From the NCBI GenBank assembly GCA_030141605.1, contig JAQGDQ010000599.1, forward strand, positions 118,550 through 131,784: a stretch of DNA of 13,235 nucleotides. Direction: 5' to 3'. How positions within the stretch are numbered: the stretch's first letter is position 1; each line of letters opens with the position of its first letter. Under the pieces are notes generated by a model, which worked only from the letters and a program-made list of their open reading frames with translations, was not told the origin of the DNA and did not search any database. Source of the DNA: Tubiluchus corallicola. Taxonomy: Eukaryota > Animalia > Priapulida. This document shows positions 1 to 10,709 of the stretch, in pieces. The position numbers and the translations under genes were made by a program.

Positions 1-105
1 TGACGGAGGAGGGTGACATTCCGGATTTGGCTGTACAAGTCGAGACAGTCATCACTGAGAATGATGTGGTCGATGTAGAGGACGAGGACAACAGACTGCT
101 AGAAG
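1..105 (+). CDS. Coding exon A (5' end outside the window) of a spliced gene for an acidic protein: TEEGDIPDLAVQVETVITENDVVDVEDEDNRLLE
   Basis: Open acidic frame from position 3 with GC-rich third codon positions (19/34 by hand count). Ends at donor GAA G|GTGAGA (intron starts 106), phase 1, followed by AT-rich non-coding sequence. Confidence 0.85.
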
Positions 106-811
106 GTGAGAGCATGGAATTTGAATTTGCGCGTGTGGTGGAGTGGAAACCGTTAACAACGTGTGGCTATAACAATCATGTGCTAGAAGGACTAACTAAA
201 TTTGCCCATTTTTGTCAAGCATGATTAGTCATTTATACTGACATTTTTAATTATCGATTAATTTCAGCGTTCTTTTGCCATCCTCCATCTTGTGAAACAG
301 TGGAATTCTAGAAATGAATGCAATCTGTGTTGTGCTTTCAAATAACACTCTGTGTTTAAGGATTTGATAATCAATCTATTTACAGGTCTTTGTTTATTGG
401 ATTTTTATTCCATACCTTTAGCTGTGATCGTGTGTCTTGCTTTCATTAGAAGCTTACAATGAATACCTACACGTGTGACGCATTAATAACATATTTAACT
501 TATTCTAATGCATTTAATTTACCAAATTATTCATGGTATCAGCTGGTCTAATGCTTGTTTATTGTAGTCATGACTAACCTGGTTGCATTTGTTTTGAAAT
601 TGTGTCACTCAGTCTGGCATGTTCTCGTTTGAGGTTTCCTCGGACTTAGCACAGTTAACGAGTTTCAATTTGGCAAGTTAATTTTTAAACGAATATGATT
701 TCACATTATGTTTTATTAATGTATATCATAGTTGCTTATTATTATTGATGATTGTACATTTACAGAGCTTGTAAACATGTTAATTGCCTTTTGCTTCATG
801 TCCTAATGCAG

Positions 812-820
812 ATTCACAAA
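812..820 (+). CDS. Candidate 9-nt microexon ATTCACAAA (adds D-S-Q in phase 1)
   Basis: Acceptor ...ttgccttttgcttcatgtcctaatgcAG| and donor |GTATGT at 821. Length is a multiple of 3 and it creates no stop with neighbouring exons. No transcript evidence. Confidence 0.4.
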
Positions 821-937
821 GTATGTCAAGTAATTAATCTATGTTTCTTGGATCTAGCAAAGTCTAGTGAAACAAAATAGTGAAAATATATTAACTACAT
901 GTCATTATATACAGTTTCTATGTACTTAATGTGTTAG

Positions 938-994
938 GTTCAGAGGAGGAGTTAGTTATTATTCAAACGGATATTTTGGAGTCTTCAGATACAG
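938..994 (+). CDS. 57-nt cassette-type exon B: (G)SEEELVIIQTDILESSDT
   Basis: Branch-like tacttaat (923-930), acceptor ttAG| at 936-937 (in-frame alternative cAG at 942-943), donor ACA G|GTAGAT at 995. Phase 1-1, acidic like the other exons. Confidence 0.75.
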
Positions 995-1609
995 GTAGAT
1001 TGTGTTTGGGGTTGATTATTCGTTTTTTCATTTGTCCCGCATGCGTTTGCTTCTTTCACTTGCGCTCTTTTCTCCGCTTTGGTTTTCAGCCGAAATTTCG
1101 GTCATTTATTTTGATGTGTGTCATAATTACATTTTCTATTTTTTGAATAAATTGCGATAACCAAGTATATTAGTGCTTTTTATTAAAAAGTTTATTTTAC
1201 TTAAACTTGGCAAGTGACATCAGAATTAGCATTTGGCTTAAGGATAGGCTGTTTTTGCTGTAGTATTTAAAAACTATGCCATACCGTAAATGAAACTTGG
1301 TTAATGGTTATGACAGTTGAACAAATTTAATGCTGATGTCTGATGGAAACTTACGATTCCGACCATGTCAGCATTGATTTTATTGCCACCTCTTAATCTT
1401 TATATTTGCTGTATAACAGCTTTTTTGATGTCACTGTGTGTAGCTAACTTTCTGCTTCTGCTACTAATGCAATAACATTGTGTGGTGTCTGAGTCTGGTT
1501 CTCTATTGCTGTCCTTTTTAATTCTTTTTATAAGCACCTTTACCTGTCACTCTATCAATTAGTCTTTTGTCCTTTTTTCATATATTCACCTGGTGGCTAC
1601 CTGCAACAG

Positions 1610-4600
1610 AAATGGGGGCAATACAAGATACTATCAAAGAAAAGATAGACGAGATAGAGGCTGACTTCTCTAATTTAGTTCACTGTGGGAATAGAGACAA
1701 AAGTGGTAGTCCATGCTCTCCACATGCCAGCGAGAGTAAATATAAAGAATGTGAAATTGAGTTACAAAAAGATGAGTCAAAAAGTTTAGTTGATTCTGTA
1801 GAGACATTAGTTAAAGGGGTGGTCGATACTATTACACAAAAAATTAATAATAAGATTGATGGAGATTCAAATGTTAGTGAAGGCAATAGCGTGGTGGGGT
1901 CTGATCTTTCAACTGAGTTAAATGCTGATCAAGTCGTGTTTGCTGATGCTCAGAATGGAGATAAAGATATCGATGATTTTGAACTTGGAGAGAGAAGTGG
2001 AATAAGCAGTACGTCTCCCAGTACACTGCATGAGACATCTGTGCTGACAGATATGTATGGACAGCAATGTGTTGATGGAGAAGTTGTTGTTGATGTAGAC
2101 GTACATTCCTACTTGCCAGATTCTGTTCTAACTGTTGATGCTGCAAATCCAGAATCAGATTTGCAAGAGAAAGCATGCACTGATACAGAATGTAAACAAG
2201 TAGTACTTGATGATGGATTGGCGGTTCTTGAGAAATCGACTTTGTACATCGAAACTGACGTAAACATTAGTTTAGATGATCATCCATTTAATAAAGATGA
2301 TAACCCTGCATTTACTAGAAACAGTGATCAGATGGCTAGAACTCAGGAAAATGAAGAATGTAGCAGTGTACCGTTTGACCTAGAACTTGAATCAAAGCAC
2401 AATAAGGAAGAATCTCCAAATGGTTTTGCTGATAGTAGTGAAGGGGATGACAGCTTGATCGATGCAATAATTTCATCTGAGTTTGTGAAATTGACAGAAG
2501 AAGAAGCTGCTACAGATGTGATTGAGGAAGGCACATTTCAAAGTTTAACTGAAGTTTGTTGGACAGGTGGAAAAGATGATGTTTTATTGGAAGATGCGAA
2601 ATTTCAAGAAAAATCAAACCTTGCAGTTGAACTTCAAAATGAAGCTCAGACAGAAACAGATTATGGTCAAACTTCTGTAGCATGTGAAACTAGTGAAAAA
2701 GAAAAACCCGCATGCACTATCTTTGATGAAGAAGAAATCTGGTACAGTGGTGAGGATGAACAAGCTAATGAGGTAGATGTGAAAGATAAAGTAGAAGAAG
2801 TTGACCAAAGGCCTAGTCTTGCAGTAGAAGATAGAAACACTCAGGCATTTGATGATTCTATGTATGAAGTAGTTGAATTTGACCAGCGGCTTGCTCATGC
2901 AACAGATTATGCCGAGCACATTGAAAGTCAAACTGAAGCAGTCGTTCTACATAGTGGTGACAAGGAAGTTGTAAAAGATGAAGCAGATGATGCTTTAGAA
3001 AAAATGATTAAATTTGAAGACGATCTTGCAGCAGAGTCTTCTAAGGAACTTGAGAGCTACCCTGAAACTGAAGATAAGAGCAGTTTTGAACACGAGTGTA
3101 CAGATTTTGCAGATATAAAACATGAAACTTGTGATTTTGATGATGCTTTGGAAAAAGCAGTTAACTTTGAGGAAGAGCAAGTGCTTATTACAGAATCTCC
3201 TGAGAAAAGTGAGAGTCATCTTAAAACAGAAGAGGGGAGCAGTATTAAAGTGGAGTACAATGATGTGATAGATACAAAAGAGGAAACCCAAGCTTTTGAC
3301 GAATCTTTGCGTGAAGCAGTTGAATTTGAGCAGGGGCCTAGTCATGTAACAGACTATGCTGAGCAAAGTGAAAGATCACCTGAAATAGATGTCCATAGTA
3401 GTAACACGGGAGATGGCAATGTAGCACATGAAACTGATGATTTTGATGATGCTTTAGAAAAGGCAGTTGAATTTGAAGACGATACTGATCTTGCAACAGA
3501 GTCACTCAAGGAAAGTGAGAGTTGCCCTGAAGCTGAAAGTAGGAATAGTTTTGAAGAGCAGTGCACTGATGTGGCAGATATAAAAGATGAAACTCAACCC
3601 TTTGATGATGCTTTGTACGAAGTAGACGAGTTTGAGCAGAGGCCCAGTTATGTAACAGACTATGCTGAGCAAAGTGAAAGATCACCTGAAATAGATGTCC
3701 ATAATGAAGGAGATGACCCACCTGAAACAGATGTCCATAATGAAGCAGATGACAATGTGGAAGATGTAAGAGATGAAATTCATGAATTTGATGATGCTTC
3801 GGAAAAAGCAGTTAACCTTGAGGAAGAGCAAGTGCTTATTACAGAATCGCCTGAGAAAAGTGAGAGTCATCTTGAAACAGAAGAGGAGAGCAGTTTTGAA
3901 CATGAGTGTACAGATTTGGCAGATATAAAAGATGAAAATGGTGATTTTGATGATGCTTTGGAAAAGGCAGTTAACTTTGAGGAAGAGCAAGCGCTTATTA
4001 CAGAATCTCCTGAGAAAAGTGAGAGTCATCTTGAAACAGAAGAGGAGAGCAGTATTAAAGTGGAGTACAATGATGTGATAGAATCAAAAGAGGAAACCCA
4101 AGCTTTTGACGATGCTTTGCGTGAAGCAGTTGAATTTGAGCAGGGGCCTAGTCATGTAACAGACTATGCTGAGCAAAGTGAAAGATCACCTGAAATAGAT
4201 GTCCATGGTAGTAACACGGGAGATGGCAATGTAGCAGATGAAACTGATGATTTTGATGATGCTTTAGAAAAGGCAGTTGAATTTGAAGACGATACTGATC
4301 TTGCAACAGAGTCACTCAAGGAAAGTGAGAGTTGCCCTGAAGCTGAAAATAGGAATGGTTTTGAAGAGCAACGCACTGATGTGGCAGATATAAAAGATGA
4401 AACTCAACCCTTTGATGATGCTTTGTACGAAGTAGACGAGTTTGAGCAGAGGCCCAGTTATGTAACAGACTATGCTGAGCAAAGTGAAAGTTCACCTGAA
4501 ATAGATGTCCATAATGAAGGAGATGACCCACCTGAAACAGATGTCCATAATGAAGCAGATGACAATGTGGAAGATGTAAGAGATGAAATTCATGAATTTG

Positions 4601-7600
4601 ATGATGCTTTGGAAAAAGCAGTTAACCTTGAGGAAGAGCAAGTGCTTATTACAGAATCGCCTGAGAAAAGTGAGAGTCATCTTGAAACAGAAGAGGAGAG
4701 CAGTTTTGAACATGAGTGTACAGATTTGGCAGATATAAAAGATGAAAATGGTCATTTTGATGATGCTTTGGAAAAGGCAGTTAACTTTGAGGAAGAGCAA
4801 GCGCTTATTACAGAATCTCCTGAGAAAAGTGAGAGTCATCTTGAAACAGAAGAGGGGAGCAGTATTAAAGTGGAGTACAATGATGTGATAGATACAAAAG
4901 AGGAAACCCAAGCTTTTGACGATGCTTTGCGTGAAGCAGTTGAATTTGAGCAGGGGCCTAGTCATGTAACAGACTATGCTGAGCAAAGTGAAAGATCACC
5001 TGAAATAGATGTCCATGGTAGTAACACGGGAGATGGCAATGTAGCAGATGAAACTGATGATTTTGATGATGCTTTGGAAAAGGCAGTTGAATTTGAAGAC
5101 GATACTGATCTTGCAACAGAGTCACTCAAGGAAAGTGAGAGTTGCCCTGAAGCTGAAAATAGGAATGGTTTTGAAGAGCAACGCACTGATGTGGCAGATA
5201 TAAAAGATGAAACTCAACCCTTTGATGATGCTTTGTACGAAGTAGACGAGTTTGAGCAGAGGCCCAGTTATGTAACAGACTATGCTGAGCAAAGTGAAAG
5301 ACCACCTGAAATAGATGTCCATAATGAAGGAGATGACCCACCTGAAACAGATGTCCATAATGAAGCAGATGACAATGTGGAAGATGTAAGAGATGAAATT
5401 CATGAATTTGATGATGCTTTGGAAAAAGCAGTTAACCTTGAGGAAGAGCAAGTGCTTATTACAGAATCGCCTGAGAAAAGTGAGAGTCATCTTGAAACAG
5501 AAGAGGAGAGCAGTTTTGAACATGAGTGTACAGATTTGGCAGATATAAAAGATGAAAATGGTCATTTTGATGATGCTTTGGAAAAGGCAGTTAACTTTGA
5601 GGAAGAGCAAGTGCTTATTACAGAATCTCCTGAGAAAAGTGAGAGTCATCTTGAAACAGAAGAGGGGAGCAGTATTAAAGTGGAGTACAATGATGTGATA
5701 GATACAAAAGAGGAAACCCAAGCTTTTGACGATGCTTTGCGTGAAGTAGCTGAATTTGAGCAGGGGCCTAGTCATGTAACAGACTATGCTGAGCAAAGTG
5801 AAAGATCACCTGAAATAGATGTCCATGGTAGTAACACGGGAGATGGCAATGTAGCACATGAAACTGATGATTTTGATGATGCTTTAGAAAAGGCAGTTGA
5901 ATTTGAAGACGATACTGATCTTGCAACAGAGTCACTCAAGGAAAGTGAGAGTTGCCCTGAAGCTGAAAATAGGAATGGTTTTGAAGAGCAACGCACTGAT
6001 GTGGCAGATATAAAAGATGAAACTCAACCCTTTGATGATGCTTTGTACGAAGTAGACGAGTTTGAGCAGAGGCCCAGTTATGTAACAGACTATGCTGAGC
6101 AAAGTGAAAGATCACCTGAAATAGATGTCCATAGTAGTAACACGGGAGATGGCAATGTAGCACACGAAACTGATGATTTTGATGATGCTTTGGAAAAGGC
6201 AGTTGAATTTGAAGACGATACTGAGCTTGCAACAGAGTCACTCAAGGAAAGTGAGAGTTGCCCTGAAGCTGAAAGTAGGAATAGTTTTGAAGAGCAATGC
6301 ACTGATGTGGCAGATATGAAAGATGAAACTCAACCCTTTGATGATGTTTTGTGTGAAGCAGTTGAATTTGAGCAGGGGCCTAGTTATGTAACAGAGAATG
6401 CTGAGCAAAGTGAAAGACCACCTGAAATAAATGTCCATAATGAAGGAGATAACCCACCTGAAACAGATGTCCATAATGAAGCAGATGACAATGTGGAAGA
6501 TGTAAGAGATGAAATTCATGAATTTGATGATGCTTTGGAGAAAGCAGTTAAATTTGAGGAGGAGCCTGAACTTATAACAGAATCTCTAGAAGAAAGTGAA
6601 ATCCAAGCTTTTGATGATGCTTTTGCTTTCCACGAAGTAGTTGGCTTTGAGCAGGAGCCTAGTCATGTAACAGAGAATGCTGAGCAAAGTGAAAGTATCT
6701 CTGAAGTAGATGTCTGGTCTAATGGTGACACGAGAGATGCCGTAAAAGATGAAGATGATACTGAGCTTGCAACAGAGTCACCCAAAGAAAGTGCGAGTTC
6801 CCCTGAAGCTGAAAATAGGAATGGTTTTGAAGAGCAATGCACTGATGTGGCAGATATAAAAGATGAAACTCAACCTTTTGACGATGCTTTGTGTGAAGCA
6901 GTTGAATTTGAGCAGGGGCCAAGTCCTGTCACAGACTATGCTGAGCAAAGTGAAAGATCACCTGAAATAGATGTCCATAGTAGTGACATGGGAGATGGCA
7001 ATGTGGAATATGTAGCAGATGAAACTGATGATTTTAATGATGCTTTGGAAAAGGCAGTTAACTTTGAGGAAGAGCAAGTGCTTATTACAGAATCTCCTGA
7101 GAAAAGTGAGAGTCATCTTGAAACAGAAGAGGGGAGCAGTATTAAAGTGGAGTACAATGATGTGATAGATACAAAAGAGGAAACCCAAGCTTTTGACGAT
7201 GCTTTGCGTGAAGCAGTTGAATTTGAGCAGGGGCCTAGTCATGTAACAGACTATGCTGAGCAAAGTGAAAGATCACCTGAAATAGATGTCCATAGTAGTA
7301 ACACGGGAGATGGCAATGTAGCACATGAAACTGATGATTTTGATGATGCTTTAGAAAAGGCAGTTGAATTTGAAGACGATACTGATCTTGCAACAGAGTC
7401 ACTCAAGGAAAGTGAGAGTTGCCCTGAAGCTGAAAATAGGAATGGTTTTGAAGAGCAACGCACTGATGTGGCAGATATAGAAGATGAAACTCAACCCTTT
7501 GATGATGCTTTGTACGAAGTAGACGAGTTTGAGCAGAGGCCCAGTTATGTAACAGACTATGCTGAGCAAAGTGAAAGATCACCTGAAATAGATGTCCATA

Positions 7601-10279
7601 GTAGTAACACGGGAGATGGCAATGTAGCACATGAAACTGATGATTTTGATGATGCTTTGGAAAAGGCAGTTGAATTTGAAGACGATACTGAGCTTGCAAC
7701 AGAGTCACTCAAGGAAAGTGAGAGTTGCCCTGAAGCTGAAAGTAGGAATAGTTTTGAAGAGCAATGCACTGATGTGGCAGATATAAAAGATGAAACTTGT
7801 GATTTTGATGATGCTTTGGAAAAGGCAGTTAACTTTGAGGAAGTGCAAGCGCTTATTACAGAATCTCCTGAGAAAAGTGAGAGTCATCTTGAAACAGAAG
7901 AGGGAAGCAGTATTAAAGTGGAGTACAATGATGTGACAGATATAAAACATGAAACCCAAGCTTTTGACGATGCTTTGCGTGAAGCAGTTGAATTTGAGCG
8001 GGGGCCTAGTCATGCAACAGAGAATGCTGAGCAAAGTGAAAGTCTCTGTGAAGTAGATGTCTGGTCTAATGGTGACACGAGAGATGTCGTAGAAGATGAA
8101 CATGATACTGAGCTTGCAACAGAGTCACCCAAAGAAAGTGAGAGTTCCCCTGAAGCTGAAAATAGTAATGGTTTTGAAGAGCAGTGCACTGATGTGGCAG
8201 ATATAAAAGATGAAACTCAACCTTTTGATGATGCTTTGTACAAAGTAGACGAGTTTGACCAGGGACCCAGTTATGTAACAGACTATGCTGAGCAAAGTGA
8301 AAGATCACCTGAAATAGATGTCCATAGTAGTAACACGGGCAATGTGGAATATGTAGCACATGAAACTGATGATTTTGATGATGCTTTGGAGACAACAGTT
8401 AAATTTGAGGAGGAGCCTGAACTTGTAACAGAATCTCTAGAAGAAAGTGAGATCCAAGCTTTTGACGATGCTTTCCGTGAAGTAGCTGAATTTGAGCAGG
8501 GGCCTAGTCATGTAACAGAATATGCTGAGCAAAGTGAAAGTCTCTCTGAAGTAGATGTCTGGTCTAATGGTGACACGAGAGATGCCGTAAAAGATGAAGA
8601 TGATACCTTTAATCGTGCTTTGCAGAAAACACTTAAATTTGAGGAAGAGACTGGGTTTGCAACAGAATATCTTGAGGAAAATGATAAGTACTCTAAAGAT
8701 GAAGCTCGGCATGGTGGTGAAGAGTTGAATGACAATTTTACAGGTATTGAAAATGAAAGTGATGCATTTTGTGGCACTTTAGATATCGCTATTGACAATG
8801 TAGAAACTGTTAAAGAACATGAATGTTATTCTTGTCGAGATATGGATAACTTTAATGCAAAGCATTTGGAAAGTGGTGTGTCATTTATTGAAGAACAGGA
8901 AGCTGACTGTGTTTTTCTTGATGCGAATAAGAAAGATTTAGAACTTGGGAAAGAAATAAAAGAAACATGGTATCATGATGAGGAAGGTCTTAGTGAAGAC
9001 AACAATGAAGGCAAAATTAATGATAACAGTTGTGCACGTGATGAGACCTTGTGTCAAGTTGTTAAGGTTAAGGATGAGTGTAGTTTAGCAACTGAATCTG
9101 TGGAACTGAACGAAAGCCAATGTCCTAAAGAAACAGATACTGTTGGAAATGAGCTTTCAAATCTCATTGATTCTATGCAGTTACTAAGCAAGGATAAGTC
9201 TAAAAGTGAGGTATCATTAAGCTGTGACTTGCATGTTCAACTGTCACATACTGCAGTTTACTGTGGATCTAAAGAAATAGATAGCCATGATTCTGATGTC
9301 ATTCAGCAATTGTGTGAAAGCAGCGAGAGAAACGGTCATGCTTCTCTGATAGCTGATGTTCCTGATAAAATGAAAAATAGTGTTTGTAGTGAAGATCATG
9401 ATGTTATCATTGGAGAAACTAATTTTAGTGTAGATCGAAAAACATACACAGAATCTAAATCTATTGCAGGGAAAAAGTTGATAAAGCAGCCTAGTGGCAC
9501 AGGTGCTGAAATTGAAGAAGTAGAAGTTACGGTAGAAATAGCATCAGATGATGATACAGAATCTATGTCTGAGCGAGTTAGGTATGACCAAAGAGAAGAT
9601 TTTCTGCAAGATGAAACACAGTCCTGTTCTAGTAGCAGAAGTGGCTATAGTTCTCAACACTCTGGCAGAAAACAGCATCGCTCAGTGAAGTCATCACTCC
9701 ATGAAAACATTGAAATTAGTGAGGAAAATGTAAGCGTTGAAAAAAGAGTTAGAACAGAATCAGCTTCCATAACTTCTTATGAAATTGAAATAAGTGAAAT
9801 GAGTGATGCTAGCTCAGCAGATGTTGATCAACTTGATGATGAACCACAATCTGATCAGTTGGGTAGTTCAGAGAAAAGAAAAATTTATAAGGAAAAAGAT
9901 GCAAGTTTATATGTAAGAGTAGATTTGAGTGAAAAAGAGGTAATTCAAGACCAAGAGAGTGGATTAGTGCCTTTATCTCAAACTCAGGAGACTCATTTAA
10001 AATCTAGCTCATTAGATAAGTCGGAAAGTTATGACTCTAGAACAGGGGATGTTACTGTAAAATTAAGTGAGTTGACTGAGGAAAAAATTGCTAAGGGTTC
10101 AGCAAACGGTGATAGTGTATCTCTAAAAGACTCCCTGGACATAATAAATGAGCTGAATGTTGATTCCTCCGATATCTATGATGTCCAAGTCACGACGAGG
10201 AAAGTTGTAAAACAGCACATCAGAGAGGAGGAAAAGGAGGTGACGGAGGAGTATGGGATTGAAGAATCTTTTCATGCAG
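1610..10279 (+). CDS. Giant coding exon C, 8,670 nt (2,890 codons), Glu/Asp-rich, probably disordered, containing a tandem repeat array
   Basis: Lies within the 2931-aa ORF 1567..10362. Pyrimidine-rich tract ~1500-1590, acceptor caacAG|AA ATG at 1608-1609, donor CAT GCA G|GTATTG at 10280. Acidic composition starts and stops at these sites. Phase 1-1. Confidence 0.88.
2848..8790 (+). repeat. Coding tandem array of about 36-38 related monomers (mostly 147-186 nt, 49-62 aa), most beginning FDDAL, degenerate at both ends
   Basis: Read directly from the translation. Monomer starts include 3136, 3295, 3442, 3601, 3787, 3946. Diverged edge copies FDDSMY (2848), ADDALE, FNRALQ and FCGTLD. Confidence 0.95.
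3136..6133 (+). repeat. 810-nt (270-aa) higher-order repeat of five monomer types (159+147+159+186+159 nt), about 3.7 near-identical copies
   Basis: Copies start at 3136, 3946, 4756 and 5566. The antisense shadow ORFs at 3354, 4164, 4974 and 5784 show the same 810-nt spacing. Confidence 0.95.
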
Positions 10280-10310
10280 GTATTGTGTGGCATGCCAAAG
10301 TCATGCATGG
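10280..10310 (+). promoter_or_regulatory. RBFOX-type splicing elements (GCATG 10290-10294, TGCATG 10304-10309) just downstream of the giant-exon donor
   Basis: Motifs seen in sequence. (U)GCAUG is the established RBFOX site; function here is inferred. Confidence 0.45.
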
Positions 10311-10533
10311 CAGACAAGAAGTATTTAAGTGTGCAAGAAAAGCTGCATTACCGTATTCTTGAAGTGCATCTTGGAGTTCTTGTGTGGGTAAAGGTGTATT
10401 TGATGTTCAATGCCAATAGTTTTAAAAGTCATCCTGTAATTTGTCCACACGTCCTGTGTTTGCATTTCCTACTGTGCCTGTTTGTGTCTGGTTTTGCTGT
10501 GTTGCCTCTTTAGTTGCATTTTGTTATTTTACA

Positions 10534-10692
10534 TCACTCATATTACCATTTATCATCAACATTAAGATACTAACAAAAAACATTTCACGCTACACACAAA
10601 ATGTGTCCACAAGATTCAGCCCAGTGTCACATGTTTATTATATGAAGCCAGCAGCAAGTAATTCATTCATTGAAGGTTTATTGTACCATCAT
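10534..10692 (+). promoter_or_regulatory. YCAY cluster (11 copies), Nova-type splicing element upstream of exon D
   Basis: YCAY at 10534, 10538, 10546, 10553, 10585, 10607, 10627, 10663, 10667, 10686 and 10689. Confidence 0.4.
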
Positions 10693-10709
10693 TGCGGAAT
10701 TTTGTTTAG

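Noticed and set aside
1045-1160. Strong pyrimidine tract and cAG at 1088-1089, palindrome ccgaaatttcgg (1090-1101), and AATAAA at 1146, as a possible extra or terminal exon
   Set aside because: No convincing frame-preserving donor follows, the peptide would be non-acidic, and the AATAAA precedes the in-frame stop at 1158. Unsupported without RNA data.
2848-8790. CRISPR array or transposon
   Set aside because: Repeats are long, contiguous and in-frame coding, with no unique spacers, cas genes, transposase, reverse transcriptase or terminal repeats.
1680-8798. Many minus-strand ORFs of 60-224 aa
   Set aside because: Antisense shadows of the GAA/GAT-rich repeat. They recur with the repeat period and show no recognisable domains.
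1567-10362. 2931-aa ORF as a complete single-exon or prokaryotic gene
   Set aside because: It starts at a TTG in a pyrimidine tract and its non-acidic ends (MSFFHIFTWWLPAT; IVWHAK...PYS) lie outside good splice sites, so the ends are most likely intronic read-through.
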